From: an uncultured Rivularia sp.
GTDB lineage: Bacteria; Cyanobacteriota; Cyanobacteriia; Cyanobacteriales; Nostocaceae
Assembly (NCBI GenBank): GCA_963665115.1
Contig: OY762007.1
Coordinates: forward strand, 7,456,001-7,520,000
Direction: 5' to 3'
Length of the DNA: 64,000 nt
Part shown: positions 35,624 to 46,374 of the stretch, piece by piece
Numbering within the stretch: position 1 is the stretch's first letter
How the letters are laid out: the number at the start of each line of letters is the position of its first letter
The notes under the pieces: model-generated
What the model was told of the DNA's origin: nothing
Databases searched by the model: none
What the model saw: only the letters and a program-made list of their open reading frames with translations
Position numbers and translations under genes: made by a program

Positions 35624-35777
35624 CAGAATACACTCTAATAATAATTATGTTTATTGGTTAGCAGTAATTTACAAATGTTTTACCGCTGACCTTTAGATAT
35701 TATCCCTTCATTTTGGAGATTGCAGTATTAGATATCACTAAAAACCAAGTGCCGAACAAATTTTTCGGCACTTTAAG

Positions 35778-36362
35778 TTATTCAGATAACTCACTACTGA
35801 ATTCATTAAAGGAACGCCGCTTTAATTCTACCGACTCAGAACGCGGTAATAAATCAAACACTTCCCGGAATTTGTCATCTATTTCCTCAAAAGGTACTTG
35901 TCCTTTTTTGTTTAAAATCACATCTCCCGCCTGATTAAATACTACTACTTGAGGAACCCCACCGGAATAGTAATAATTTGGTTCTGTAGGAGAACCCTTT
36001 GCTTCGAGTGACATTCTATCTACATCAACGGCGATAATTTCTGCTACGCTACCGTAAGATGACTGGATACGGGAAATAACTACAGCATACTGTTTGCAAT
36101 CACGGCTATCATCCACATAGAAGGCTAGCATCGTGGGTTTATGTTCTCCCAGAGCTTGGGCTAAAGTCGCGTGTGCCGGAACCATCGAGCCATTGCCAGC
36201 GTAAACCATAAAAATATTGCCTTCATAACTATCGTCATTGATAGCCGCTAATGCCGGTTGCATACTCGTAAGTAATATGCAGCTAACCAGCATTAGTAAA
36301 GACAAACAACGCTGCCAACCATAAGAGAAAATATGTAAAATATGCAATTTTAATTTATTCAT
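35778..36362 (-). CDS. Thioredoxin-fold protein (thylakoid photosystem I accumulation factor-like)
   Basis: Signal peptide, YEGNIFMVYAGNGS, FYVDDSRDCK, RRSFNEFSSEL. Confidence 0.75.
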   Translation of the reverse strand: MNKLKLHILHIFSYGWQRCLSLLMLVSCILLTSMQPALAAINDDSYEGNIFMVYAGNGSMVPAHATLAQALGEHKPTMLAFYVDDSRDCKQYAVVISRIQSSYGSVAEIIAVDVDRMSLEAKGSPTEPNYYYSGGVPQVVVFNQAGDVILNKKGQVPFEEIDDKFREVFDLLPRSESVELKRRSFNEFSSELSE

Positions 36363-36800
36363 ACCGAGCAACCTTTTAACCTAGATATTGTTTTAACTTT
36401 ATGCTGAATTCAGCTTCGACATATGGATATATAAATATTCTGAACGCAGAACGTGCAAAAGAGCAAAGGGATTTTAGATTGGGCATTGGGAATTGGGCAT
36501 TGGGCATGGGGCATTGGTAATTGGTAATTGCTAATTGGTAATTGATAATGGGTATTGGAGATTTGGCATTAAAAACATTTATGGAGCAAGATGCGAACAC
36601 TACTAATGGTTTTATAACTCCTAACTCTTAACTCCTCATCCCCCCATCCCCTTGTCTCCCCCTCTTTTCCCTATGCCCAATCCCCCTCTCCCAATCTCCC
36701 CATCTCCGCAATTTGTTACCTCAAAGCTGGCTTTTTCTCCGAGGATTCGCTAAACTCACGCTTATTAAATTTAAAACTTATATCTTTCTAGGGTACGTTT

Positions 36801-38132
36801 GTGGGAATTCAATTTATAGATAAACTACGGCTCGGTTTGGCTGTCTCTGTTGCAAAAAGCGTCACTTTTGGTGTCCGCACTTTTGGTTTGGGTGCTGCTT
36901 CTGTATTACCCGGTTCGATTGCGCGACGTATTGAACCCAAGCTTTTGCAATCTTTGAGTCAACAAGTTAAAAAAGGTATTATTTTAATTGCTGGTACCAA
37001 TGGTAAAACTACCACATCTTTGCTTTTACGCACGATGTTGGAGGAGCAGGGGTACCGGGTCGCTCTTAATTCTACTGGTGCTAATCTGGAAAATGGGCTG
37101 GTAACGGCTTTGATGGAAAGTGCTAATTCTGTTGGTAATCTAAATGTAGATTATGCCATTTTGGAAGTTGATGAAAATATTGTTGCGAAGGTACTGCAAC
37201 CGATTCAACCAAAAATTATTCTTTGTCTAAATCTATTTCGCGATCAACTCGATCGATACGGTGAAGTAGATTCTATTAGCAAACGGTGGACAAAAGCAAT
37301 TTCTACTCTCGCACCAGATACGGTGGTGATTCCCAACGCTGACGATCCGACTTTATCTTATTTAGGTCAAGAATTATCTCAAAAAGTTGTATTCTTTGGT
37401 TTAACCGAACCAGAAAAGTATTTAGAAGCAATTCCTCACGCAGTTGATTCGATTTATTGTCCTAGATGCGGACATTCTTTGGATTACGAAGGAGTTTATC
37501 TATCGCATTTAGGAGATTACACTTGTCCTCAATGCGGCTTTGAAAAAAGCGAACCCGCTCTTAAGAGTCGCGAATGGGAACAAGTTTTAGTAGGACTTTA
37601 TAACAAATACAATACTTTAGCTGCTGCCACTGCTGCCAAAGAATTAGGAATTGATCAAACCAACATCCGTAAAGCAATTCCGAAATTTAAACCCGCTTTT
37701 GGACGTGCCGAAGAATTAATTATAGATGGTAAAAAAGTACGTATCTTGCTATCAAAAAACCCGGTAGGAACCAACGAAACCATTCGGGTAGTTACCGAAA
37801 GCAGCAACAAAACAACTTTGCTGGTTTTGAACGATCGGGTACAGGATGGCGAAGATGTATCCTGGATTTGGGACGTTGATACCGAAGAATTAGTACAGCG
37901 CGGAGGTACTTTGATTGTTAGCGGCGATCGCGTTTACGATATGGCTTTACGTCTGCGCTACAGCCAAAAGTCCACTAATAACAATTTGAACCTGATTGTC
38001 GAAGAAGATTTACAACAAGCAATTACCACTGCCTTAGAAAATACTCCCGAAAACGAAACCTTACATATCTTACCCACATACACAGCCATGTTAGACGTGC
38101 GAGAAGCGTTGACAGGTAAAAAAATTCGATAA
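36801..38132 (+). CDS. murT: MurT-like Mur ligase (DUF1727)
   Basis: GTNGKTTT, LEVDE, NLFRDQLDRYGE, CxxC...CxxC zinc finger, KNPVG, DVSWIWD, YTAML. Confidence 0.88.
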   Translation: MGIQFIDKLRLGLAVSVAKSVTFGVRTFGLGAASVLPGSIARRIEPKLLQSLSQQVKKGIILIAGTNGKTTTSLLLRTMLEEQGYRVALNSTGANLENGLVTALMESANSVGNLNVDYAILEVDENIVAKVLQPIQPKIILCLNLFRDQLDRYGEVDSISKRWTKAISTLAPDTVVIPNADDPTLSYLGQELSQKVVFFGLTEPEKYLEAIPHAVDSIYCPRCGHSLDYEGVYLSHLGDYTCPQCGFEKSEPALKSREWEQVLVGLYNKYNTLAAATAAKELGIDQTNIRKAIPKFKPAFGRAEELIIDGKKVRILLSKNPVGTNETIRVVTESSNKTTLLVLNDRVQDGEDVSWIWDVDTEELVQRGGTLIVSGDRVYDMALRLRYSQKSTNNNLNLIVEEDLQQAITTALENTPENETLHILPTYTAMLDVREALTGKKIR

Positions 38133-38283
38133 TGGGCATGGGGAATGGGGCATGGGGCATAGTTAGGAACTAGGAGTTAAGAGTTAAAATTCTACCCCCT
38201 CTACCCCCTCTACCCCCTCTACCCCCTCTCCCCCTCTCCCCATTCCCCCTCTCCCCATCCCCCATTCCCCATATTGAATTACT

Positions 38284-39105
38284 ATGAATAGCAAAAAATT
38301 TGAATTAACTATAGGCTGGCTTTACCCGACTTTAATGAGTACTTATGGAGACAGGGGTAATGTCATTGTGATCGAACGTCGCACTCAGTGGCGGGGATAT
38401 GACGTAAAAGTTGTACCTTTAGACCAAAATTCTACCGCCGATGAGATTAAATCTGTGGATGTTATCGTTGGTGGTGGGGCACAAGATAGGCAGCAGGAAA
38501 TCGTGATGCGCGATTTGCAAGGTGCAAAGGCTGATGCGATGCGCGAAAAGCTTGATAATGGTACCCCTGGCGTATTTACCTGCGGTTCCCCCCAACTATT
38601 GGGACATTATTACGAACCCGGTTTGGGACAAAGAATTGAAGGTTTGGGAATATTAGATTTAGTTTCAGTTCATCCTGGTGAAAATACCCGCCGCTGCATC
38701 GGTAATTTAGTTATAGAAGTTACCGCTTCTAAATTGGCGAAAGATTTAAAAGAAATGTTGGGTGGAGCTACACCTTATTTAGTCGGTTTTGAAAATCATG
38801 GCGGACGTACTAAATTAGGAGAAACCGAAGCTTTAGGTAAAGTAGTTTATGGCTTGGGAAATAACGGCGAAGACGGAACCGAGGGAGCTTTTCATCAAAA
38901 CGCGATCGCAACTTATTCCCACGGGCCATTATTACCGAAAAATCCCGTTGTTGCCGATTGGTTAATTCAAACTGCACTGCGAAACAAATATCAAGAACCC
39001 GTTTCTTTGACTCCCTTGGATGATACTTTAGCTATGCAAGGGCGCGAAGCTATGTTGAAGCGGTTGAATGTAGATGTTGCTGCGGGTGAGGTTGCGAAGG
39101 TTTAA
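38284..39105 (+). CDS. gatD: GatD/CobQ-like glutamine amidotransferase
   Basis: YGDRGN, GGGAQDRQQ, CGSPQLLG, GFENHGG, YSHGPLLPKNP; follows murT. Confidence 0.88.
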   Translation: MNSKKFELTIGWLYPTLMSTYGDRGNVIVIERRTQWRGYDVKVVPLDQNSTADEIKSVDVIVGGGAQDRQQEIVMRDLQGAKADAMREKLDNGTPGVFTCGSPQLLGHYYEPGLGQRIEGLGILDLVSVHPGENTRRCIGNLVIEVTASKLAKDLKEMLGGATPYLVGFENHGGRTKLGETEALGKVVYGLGNNGEDGTEGAFHQNAIATYSHGPLLPKNPVVADWLIQTALRNKYQEPVSLTPLDDTLAMQGREAMLKRLNVDVAAGEVAKV

Positions 39106-39333
39106 GGCAAGTTACAAAAATAGGATTTTTACAAAGCCCCCCAAATTAGCGGGGGGTTAGGGGAATCTCGATATCTGAATGCAGAATATAATATAAAATT
39201 TGTAGAACTTTGGCTATTGCAAGCAGGTTTGTAACCCTTGCTATTTTGTATCTCAACAATTAATTCCCCGAAACATCAATATTCATCTTACGTCTGCTAA
39301 AACAGAATAGTCCTCACAACACACACAATATAA

Positions 39334-39990
39334 ATGTTACCTAAATGGTTCTTGCAGCACTGGCGGTTATTATGTGGAGTGCTGCTTTTGAGTGCTGCTG
39401 TAACGACTTTGGCACTCAATTTATACGTAAAAACTGTTACTAGCAGTCGCCGCTACAATAACCCAAATCAAATTTCTCCGCAGCGTGTTGCGATTGTCTT
39501 AGGTGCGGGAATTTACAACGATCAACCCTCGCCGATGCTTGCAGACAGAATATCTGCTGCTGTAGAACTTTATAAACTCGGACGAGTAAAAAAGCTGTTA
39601 ATGAGTGGTGACAACAGCAGTGAAGATTACGATGAAGTCACTGTAATGCAGCGTTATGCGATAAAAATGGGCGTTCCAAAAAAAGATATTACTTTAGATT
39701 ATGCCGGGTTCAAAACTTATCAAAGTTGTTATCGTGCAAATGCTATTTTTGGAGTCACGCAAGCAGTTGTTGTTACCCAAAATTTTCATTTACCCCGTGC
39801 AGTTTATCTTTGTAATCAATTAGGTGTAGATGCTGTCGGATTGGGTACTCCAGACTGGGAAAGCTATCAACGAGATACAATAATGCGTTACACCTTCAGA
39901 GAATATATTTCTACTATTAAAGCATTGTGGCAAGTTCATATAACTCGCCCCCAACCAACTTATTTAGGTCCTTTTGAAGGAATTAAATAA
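39334..39990 (+). CDS. SanA/YdcF (DUF218) family protein
   Basis: AIVLGAG, LLMSGDN, DYAGFKT, VTQNFHLPRA. Confidence 0.88.
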   Translation: MLPKWFLQHWRLLCGVLLLSAAVTTLALNLYVKTVTSSRRYNNPNQISPQRVAIVLGAGIYNDQPSPMLADRISAAVELYKLGRVKKLLMSGDNSSEDYDEVTVMQRYAIKMGVPKKDITLDYAGFKTYQSCYRANAIFGVTQAVVVTQNFHLPRAVYLCNQLGVDAVGLGTPDWESYQRDTIMRYTFREYISTIKALWQVHITRPQPTYLGPFEGIK

Positions 39991-40221
39991 TTTTATCTAA
40001 TTTGATAAAAAATATTCTTTATCTGTTCCCTATTCCCCGTTCCCTTTTTCAAATTTATAATTAATTGAGCAAATTGTATTCCAAAATATCCTTTTTTTGT
40101 CGCTATCTATGGACTAAAAGGATATATTTCATAATTTATTAGTATTGTCTTTTGCTTTTTCCAGTTACTTTTGTAAACTTTTTAAGTAACACAGCAAATA
40201 CGGCTTTAGCCAATAAATTAT

Positions 40222-40521
40222 TCAGAAAGCGATACAATAAGGTGAAACAAAATATAAATCCCATAAATAACATCCACCTTTTCTTCCACTGAATTCTACT
40301 TGCCAAACACCCATCTCAGTTCTAAAATTTATCGATGCCTCACCAGCTTTTTTCTGTTTGCGTAAATAATCGCCGATAGCATATTTTGTCTGGGATTCAT
40401 CTAGAAACGGAGTTAGTCTTTCCGCTATTTCTCTTGTTAAGCATCCCGAATCTATTTGCACGCGACAACGGAAAACAAAGGGTTTGCTTTGCTTTTGGGA
40501 CGTATTATTCTTTCTCGACAT
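40222..40521 (-). CDS. Hypothetical protein
   Basis: 99-aa ATG ORF in otherwise AT-rich intergenic DNA. Confidence 0.55.
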   Translation of the reverse strand: MSRKNNTSQKQSKPFVFRCRVQIDSGCLTREIAERLTPFLDESQTKYAIGDYLRKQKKAGEASINFRTEMGVWQVEFSGRKGGCYLWDLYFVSPYCIAF

Positions 40522-40840
40522 ACGTTTAACAGTTAATAATTTTCATCGGTAGGGTGTGCTTCATAGACAAGCATTATTCCCCGGAAGGTGCTATTGGTCG
40601 GTTATCAGCTTTGAATATGAAAGATAACTGTTAATTAGCTATTAATAGATACATTCAAAAATAGTATATGACCGTTAATACCGCTTCAATAAGTATTCAA
40701 TCTATTATCAGTGTTATTTATTCAAAATATCCAGTACAAAATCAGACATTTACGATTGAGTTGATTCTTTTATAACTAATCGCTACATTTTTACGTCGAT
40801 TATTTGTTATTTAACTTACTTTTAATAAAACCGCTATATA

Positions 40841-40873
40841 AGAAACCCGGCTTATCCAATAAGCCGGGTTTCT
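40841..40873. terminator. Hairpin downstream of hetF (agaaacccgg repeat family)
   Basis: 15-bp perfect stem agaaacccggcttat/ataagccgggtttct; related motifs at about 46710-46773 and 52443-52511. Confidence 0.65.
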
Positions 40874-41038
40874 CAAAGAAGTAAATTGTGACAGTTCCTA
40901 AACATAATGATTTAATTTGAGTAGCTTCTCATCCGAATTTATTTTAATAAATTAATTACTGTACGCAATAAAATGATATATATTCGGACAAGAATTGACA
41001 GGTTAAAAACAAATTTGTGCGGTCGATTACCTTTGCTT

Positions 41039-43546
41039 TTAATCTCTCGAATCTAGCTTAAGTAAAGATTGCCAATCTCCAATCGCTTTTTCCGTCCACA
41101 GCCAATTTTGAGCTAAGCTACTTGTTTGAAAACTTTTTGAATCATCTTTCATTACCTTGCTGCGAAGTTTTACTGCTTCACTTATATATTTCACTTTTTT
41201 CTCAGAAGGCTGCTCCTGGGAAGATTGGTATAAACTTAAAGCCAGTCCAGCATAAGCAGTTAGAGCTTCTTTATCAACTACTTGAGAAACTGACATTAAA
41301 CTGTTTGAGTTAGAAACATTTTGCGCGGCATTCTTTTTAAAAGATAATTCTACAGCTTTGAACCAAGAATCGTTAGCGCGATTTAAGTTACCTTCTGCAT
41401 AATAAGCGAAGCCTAAAGCATTTTTATACAAAAATGAATCTGGGTCATTTTGAGTAGCAACTTCCCAGTAACGACGAGCATCATCAACACTGTATTTAGT
41501 ATCACCTTTTTGAATAAATTGCCAAGCCAAACGCCCTTTAACAAAGTTTACATATGGATTGTTAATTTGTTCTCGATCTACATTTTCTAATGCGGTTTCA
41601 GCATTACTCAACGCACTACGGTTAAGCAGTTGTTCTACAGCTTTGAGGCCTTCCTTAATTTCACCTTGCGCCAACTTTTGGCTAGCGCGTGCAGTCAAAT
41701 CTTCCGTTGGGGCAGTTTGTAAATCAAATGGCGATTGTCTTTGAACAACTTGTTGAGGAAGCAAAGGCTTTTGCTGACTACGCCAATAATCAATACCTCC
41801 GACAAATGCGATCGCGCTTATTCCCAAGACACCAAGAAGCGCTAAACGCTGGTTTTGTTTTTGCTTTTTGGCTGCGGCTCTTGCGGATGCAGTAGTAACT
41901 TGACTAAAGCTTTCTTGAGAAGAATTTTGGTTAGTTACTACGCTTTGTTCGGAACTAACTGGCAATGGATATTCGCTTTCGCCCCATATCAAAGTATCCT
42001 CAGACTGATAATTTAGATCTGGGGACAGTTGATTTTGTCCGTAATCATCTTCAAGCTGCCCAACTAATTCAGCATTCATCGGAGGTTCTGTTAAAGAACT
42101 TTCGTCATCTATCTGACGGAATATATCTGAAACAATTGCAGAATCTTCTGAATAGCTTGGGTCATCGTATTCGATTTCATCAACAAGATCCCCCCACATA
42201 TCTTCGCCTAGCAAATCTAAGTCCGAAGAATGTTCCGTTCCATAAGCACTTACTGCTCCTACCATTGGAACCATATCGGAACTTGACGAGGATTTATTTG
42301 TGTAAAGTGGTGATATTGTGCTGTTGGGGTCGTACTCGTTAAATAATTCTCCGCTTTGAGGTAAGTAAACTTCTGGGTCTAAATAACCATCAAATTCTGG
42401 CTGGAGATATAAAATTGGTAGCGCCCAATACAGTTGATGGGAACTATAAGCAGAAATTAATCCCTGGCGCATCCGACTCACGCACAAATCTACAGCATAT
42501 CCCTGAGATAGATTGCGGTAAAATAACTGCGTTAATGTCAGCGCTACTTCGTCAGGAATACGTTCTGACATCGCCAAAACGCTTTTTATGCCTCGCTTAA
42601 CTAGAGTTTCAGTTAGATTACGCTGTCCCGTATCTAAATTACTATCTGAAGTCGCGGCGTAGGTACCCAAACAAGAGTTAAACACTGCCATCTGGATATT
42701 ATTATTAACCAGCAAGCCAGCCAAATCATCACCGTAAAGAGTTTCGGTTAAACCCGTTCTACCGCTGACTAAATAAATTTCGCCGCCATTTGCACCGAAG
42801 TTACTATGACCGGAGTAGTGCAGTACGTGGTAATTTCCTTGTTCTAAAGCTTGGGTTAACTCTTCTCTTCCTGGTTGTTCGAGTACCGATAGCTCAATTT
42901 CTGGAAGATGATCCCCACCTTGGATTTTACGTTCGAGTTCCGCTTGCAACCTGATCGCTTCCTGCTTTAACAGGTTCAGACGCACTTGATCCGCAGGGGA
43001 AGCGATTACCATCAAGACTTTAATACCACCATCCGTAGATAACTGTGGTATGTTTCTCGACGGTATACGAGATGTTCCGCTCATTCCGCTTTGATAGCGA
43101 GAAAAAGCAATATAAGGGCCAGTCGCGATGGGGCGATCGCCTTGGTGCATTACTTCCCAAGGAAGACGAGCTAGCTTAGTGTCTTTTAACCCCAAGCGTA
43201 GACGCAATACCTGTTGGTGATTTTGGGCAATACCTTGTGCCGTAATCCAACTGTCCCTGAGAGTACCTTGAAACAGGGCATTATAAAGTTGTTGACCCAG
43301 TGCCACCAAGTTGACTGAGTTTCTTGCATTTGTCTCTTCAAGACAGGCAGAGAGCGCCATCGCATCACCCTGCAATACTGACTGCAATGGGTCGTTCATT
43401 AAACTCCCAGCAGCCGCTAACCAATCAGCCACCGGCCACCTTACCAGTTCTTCTGCTAAGGGTACCCCAGGGGCGACTTGTTCCGTCCGCACCAAGTAGT
43501 CGTTTTGCCCTACTGGGGTTACGGAAATGTGAAATTCCTGGGTCAC
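41039..43546 (-). CDS. hetF: Heterocyst differentiation / cell division protease HetF (CHAT/caspase-like domain)
   Basis: N-terminus MTQEFHISVTPVGQNDYLVRTE, LPWE, dyad motifs LHYSGH and FNSC, acidic linker, TM, TPR-like C-terminus; NsiR1-type array upstream. Confidence 0.93.
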   Translation of the reverse strand: MTQEFHISVTPVGQNDYLVRTEQVAPGVPLAEELVRWPVADWLAAAGSLMNDPLQSVLQGDAMALSACLEETNARNSVNLVALGQQLYNALFQGTLRDSWITAQGIAQNHQQVLRLRLGLKDTKLARLPWEVMHQGDRPIATGPYIAFSRYQSGMSGTSRIPSRNIPQLSTDGGIKVLMVIASPADQVRLNLLKQEAIRLQAELERKIQGGDHLPEIELSVLEQPGREELTQALEQGNYHVLHYSGHSNFGANGGEIYLVSGRTGLTETLYGDDLAGLLVNNNIQMAVFNSCLGTYAATSDSNLDTGQRNLTETLVKRGIKSVLAMSERIPDEVALTLTQLFYRNLSQGYAVDLCVSRMRQGLISAYSSHQLYWALPILYLQPEFDGYLDPEVYLPQSGELFNEYDPNSTISPLYTNKSSSSSDMVPMVGAVSAYGTEHSSDLDLLGEDMWGDLVDEIEYDDPSYSEDSAIVSDIFRQIDDESSLTEPPMNAELVGQLEDDYGQNQLSPDLNYQSEDTLIWGESEYPLPVSSEQSVVTNQNSSQESFSQVTTASARAAAKKQKQNQRLALLGVLGISAIAFVGGIDYWRSQQKPLLPQQVVQRQSPFDLQTAPTEDLTARASQKLAQGEIKEGLKAVEQLLNRSALSNAETALENVDREQINNPYVNFVKGRLAWQFIQKGDTKYSVDDARRYWEVATQNDPDSFLYKNALGFAYYAEGNLNRANDSWFKAVELSFKKNAAQNVSNSNSLMSVSQVVDKEALTAYAGLALSLYQSSQEQPSEKKVKYISEAVKLRSKVMKDDSKSFQTSSLAQNWLWTEKAIGDWQSLLKLDSRD

Positions 43547-43949
43547 AACTTCTCCTGTTTACCTAACTTATCTGGTTGGAAACGCTTTTGTTTCAAGTCT
43601 ATGTTTCGCTCTTCCTGATACATTAGATGCATCTACCTGCTTCCATGTTTCTGATTTTAAAGTGGTTTTTTGATTTATCGACTTTTACAACTTTATCCGG
43701 ATTCAATTAAATGCGCCTAGAACTAACTTAGTTATATATGCGCTTTGTACTTTAATTCCTCAGTAAAACTAATATTTTTATTTGATTTTTTGTTGTTAAC
43801 TCTTCTTTATAGTTAAACACTAAGAAATAAGAAGGAAAATGTCCGGGCATATACAAAACACATCGATACAAGTTGCTTGCTATACAACTTTTATCAGCAT
43901 TTTGATGATTTTATCCGGAAGATACTGGTTAACTTTAGAACATTTAATT

Positions 43950-45592
43950 GGTAGATGCACCCTGATAACTCATTCCCCTAGTTGACTGCCTTCCACTAGG
44001 GGTTTTTTATGGTTTTCACGACCATAGTCACTCATTTTTATATTTTAACCGCGAGATACTGGTTAATTTTAAAACATTTAACTGGTAAATGCATTCGGAT
44101 CGCTCACTTACCCGTTTTAGCTATATGCGATCTGGTTTTTTATATTTAAGATCGGTACTCAAAAATATTCATACAATTTTATCCGGAAATACTTTGTTAT
44201 CTAAAGTACATTTAATTGGTAGATGCACCCTGATAACTAACTCCCCCGGCAAGCCTACAAGCACGCTGGGGGTTTTTATATTCAATTGTAATTTAGTTCA
44301 GCAATTAACTGTCACGTGCGGTACATCTGATTGGTAGATACATACTGACATACGTCTACCTTGGTAAGCTTACAAATAAGCTGCTTTTTGTATTTAATTA
44401 AAGTTTTATCCGGAAAGTGCCTGTTAACTGAAGTACATAGAATTGGTAGATGCACCCTGATAACTGTCTCCCCCGGTAAGCCTACAAGCTAGCTGGGGGA
44501 TTTTTGTATGCTTAATTTCTACACCCAAACATATTTATACAATTTTATCCGGAAAGTACTCGTTATCTAAAGTACATAGAATTGGTAGATGCACCCTGAT
44601 AACTTACTCCCTTAGCAAGCCTACAAGCAAGCTGAGGGTTTTTATTTTTAATTAAAGTTTTGTCCGGAAACACCCTGTTATCTAAAGTACATAGAATTGG
44701 TAGATACACCCTGATAACTGTCTCCCCCGGTAAGCCTACAAGCTAGCTGGGGGATTTTTATATGTTTAATTTCTACACCCAAACATATTTATACAGTTTT
44801 ATCCGGAAAGTGCCGATTATCTAAAGTACATAGAATTGGTAGATGCACCCTGATAACTGTCTCCCCTGGTAAGCCTACAAGCTAGCTGGGGGATTTTTAT
44901 ATGTTTAATTTCTACACCCAAACATATTTATACAGTTTTATCCGGAAAGTGCCCGTTATCTAAAGTACATAGAATTGGTAGATGCACCCTGATAACTGTC
45001 TCCCCCGGTAAGCCTACAAGCTAGCTGGGGGATTTTTATATGTTTAATTTCTACACCCAAACATATTTATACAGTTTTATCCGGAAAGTGCCCGTTATCT
45101 AAAGTACATAGAATTGGTAGATGCACCCTGATAACTGTCTCCCCCGGTAAGCCTACAAGCTAGTTGGGGGATTTTTGTATGCTTAATTTCTACACCCAAA
45201 CATATTTATACAGTTTTATCCGGAAAGTGCCCGTTATCTAAAGTACATAGAACTGGTAGATGCACCCTGATAACTGTCTCCCCCGGTAAGCCTACAAGCT
45301 AGTTGGGGGATTTTTGTATGCTTAATTTCTACACCCAAACATATTTATACAGTTTTATCCGGAAAGTGCCCGTTATCTAAAGTACATAGAACTGGTAGAT
45401 GCACCCTGATAACTGTCTCCCCCGGTAAGCCTACAAGCTAGTTGGGGGATTTTTGTATGCTTAATTTCTACACCCAAACATATTTATACAGTTTTATCCG
45501 GAAAGTGGCTGTTAAATACAGTACATAGAATTGGTAGATGCACCCTGATAACTGTCTCCCCTAGTAAGCCTACAAGCACGCTGGGGGTTTTT
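43950..45592 (+). ncRNA. nsiR1: NsiR1 multi-copy sRNA (~60 nt each); predicted starts 43950, 44084, 44218, 44333, 44445, 44584, 44699, 44838, 44977, 45116, 45255, 45394, 45533
   Basis: Conserved 5' GGTAGATGCACCCTGATAACT, GC stem CCCC..GGGG plus T tail, DIF1 motif TCCGGA 36 nt upstream, divergent from hetF. Confidence 0.9.
44941..44970 (+). promoter_or_regulatory. Representative DIF1 promoter TCCGGA-N18-GTACAT (TCCGGA intact in 11 units)
   Basis: Fixed spacing in all intact units. TCCGGA near -35 is the known heterocyst DIF1 motif. Confidence 0.85.
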
Positions 45593-46374
45593 ATTCGGAT
45601 CAAAATAAAGCTTATTGACAAATCTCTCCAGAGATTTAAATCTTGCCCGAATAAACCAAATTGTTGAAATTGTTAGATACAGCTTGATAACTAACTCACC
45701 CTAAGAAAATCAATAACCACTAAGTATCTTTTCTTAAGTAGTACAACTCAATTTTCTTGTTTTCACTTAGGGGTTCTTTGAGAATAACCTCTAAGAACTA
45801 CTAAGTAGTTAAATACATTTAAGTAGTGTATTTAATCTAACATACTTTCTGAGATAAATTGCATTGTGTCAAAACCTTTTAGATTTCTTTAATTAATTGC
45901 TGTAAGCTTTGATATGACTATTTTTGGTAGAAGCAATCTATCTATTGCCAGCTGAAAGCGATTATTTCAAACTTTCCCTATTATCAAGCTTTCTACACAT
46001 TACGACTGATTTCAGTTTCACTTAGGTAGAAGACAAGTAATGTGTTTCTTATTTTTAAATATTTCCCTGTATTTACCTAAACCAAGTTGACAAAACAATA
46101 ATTAATTCTTTACTGCCAACAACAAAGCCGATGGTATGGTTGGTAAATAGCGCCCTAAAATAATTGCGATAGGCGACTGAAAACTACTTATCCGGATAAC
46201 CTATGACTGAAGCAGGTTGTTTCTTCTAGGTATTTAATCGTATAAAGCCGCATACCTTACTTGATATCACCAGTCGATTCCGAAGGATAAAAAGTTCCCA
46301 GGATTGAAATTGTTTTGTATGCGAGGAACTCGTATTGTATTTTAGAAACTATGAAATAGCTCAAATTTAAAATT

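Larger units (their letters stand above)
43914..45592 (+). repeat. Tandem array of 13 promoter-sRNA-terminator units (period 112-139 bp; 139 bp in the homogeneous part)
   Basis: TCCGGA at 43914, 44182, 44409, 44548, 44663, 44802, 44941, 45080, 45219, 45358, 45497; degenerate units at about 44048 and 44297. Confidence 0.97.

Noticed and set aside
44089..44337. 82-aa ORF inside the array
   Set aside because: Chance frame across degenerate units; not preserved in other copies.
43914..45592. CRISPR array
   Set aside because: Whole units repeat with no unique spacers, the period is ~139 bp, each unit has promoter and terminator features, and there are no cas genes.
46191..46196. TCCGGA upstream of the thioredoxin-fold gene as a DIF1 promoter
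   Set aside because: No GTACAT-like element 18 nt away in either orientation; a lone hexamer is insufficient.
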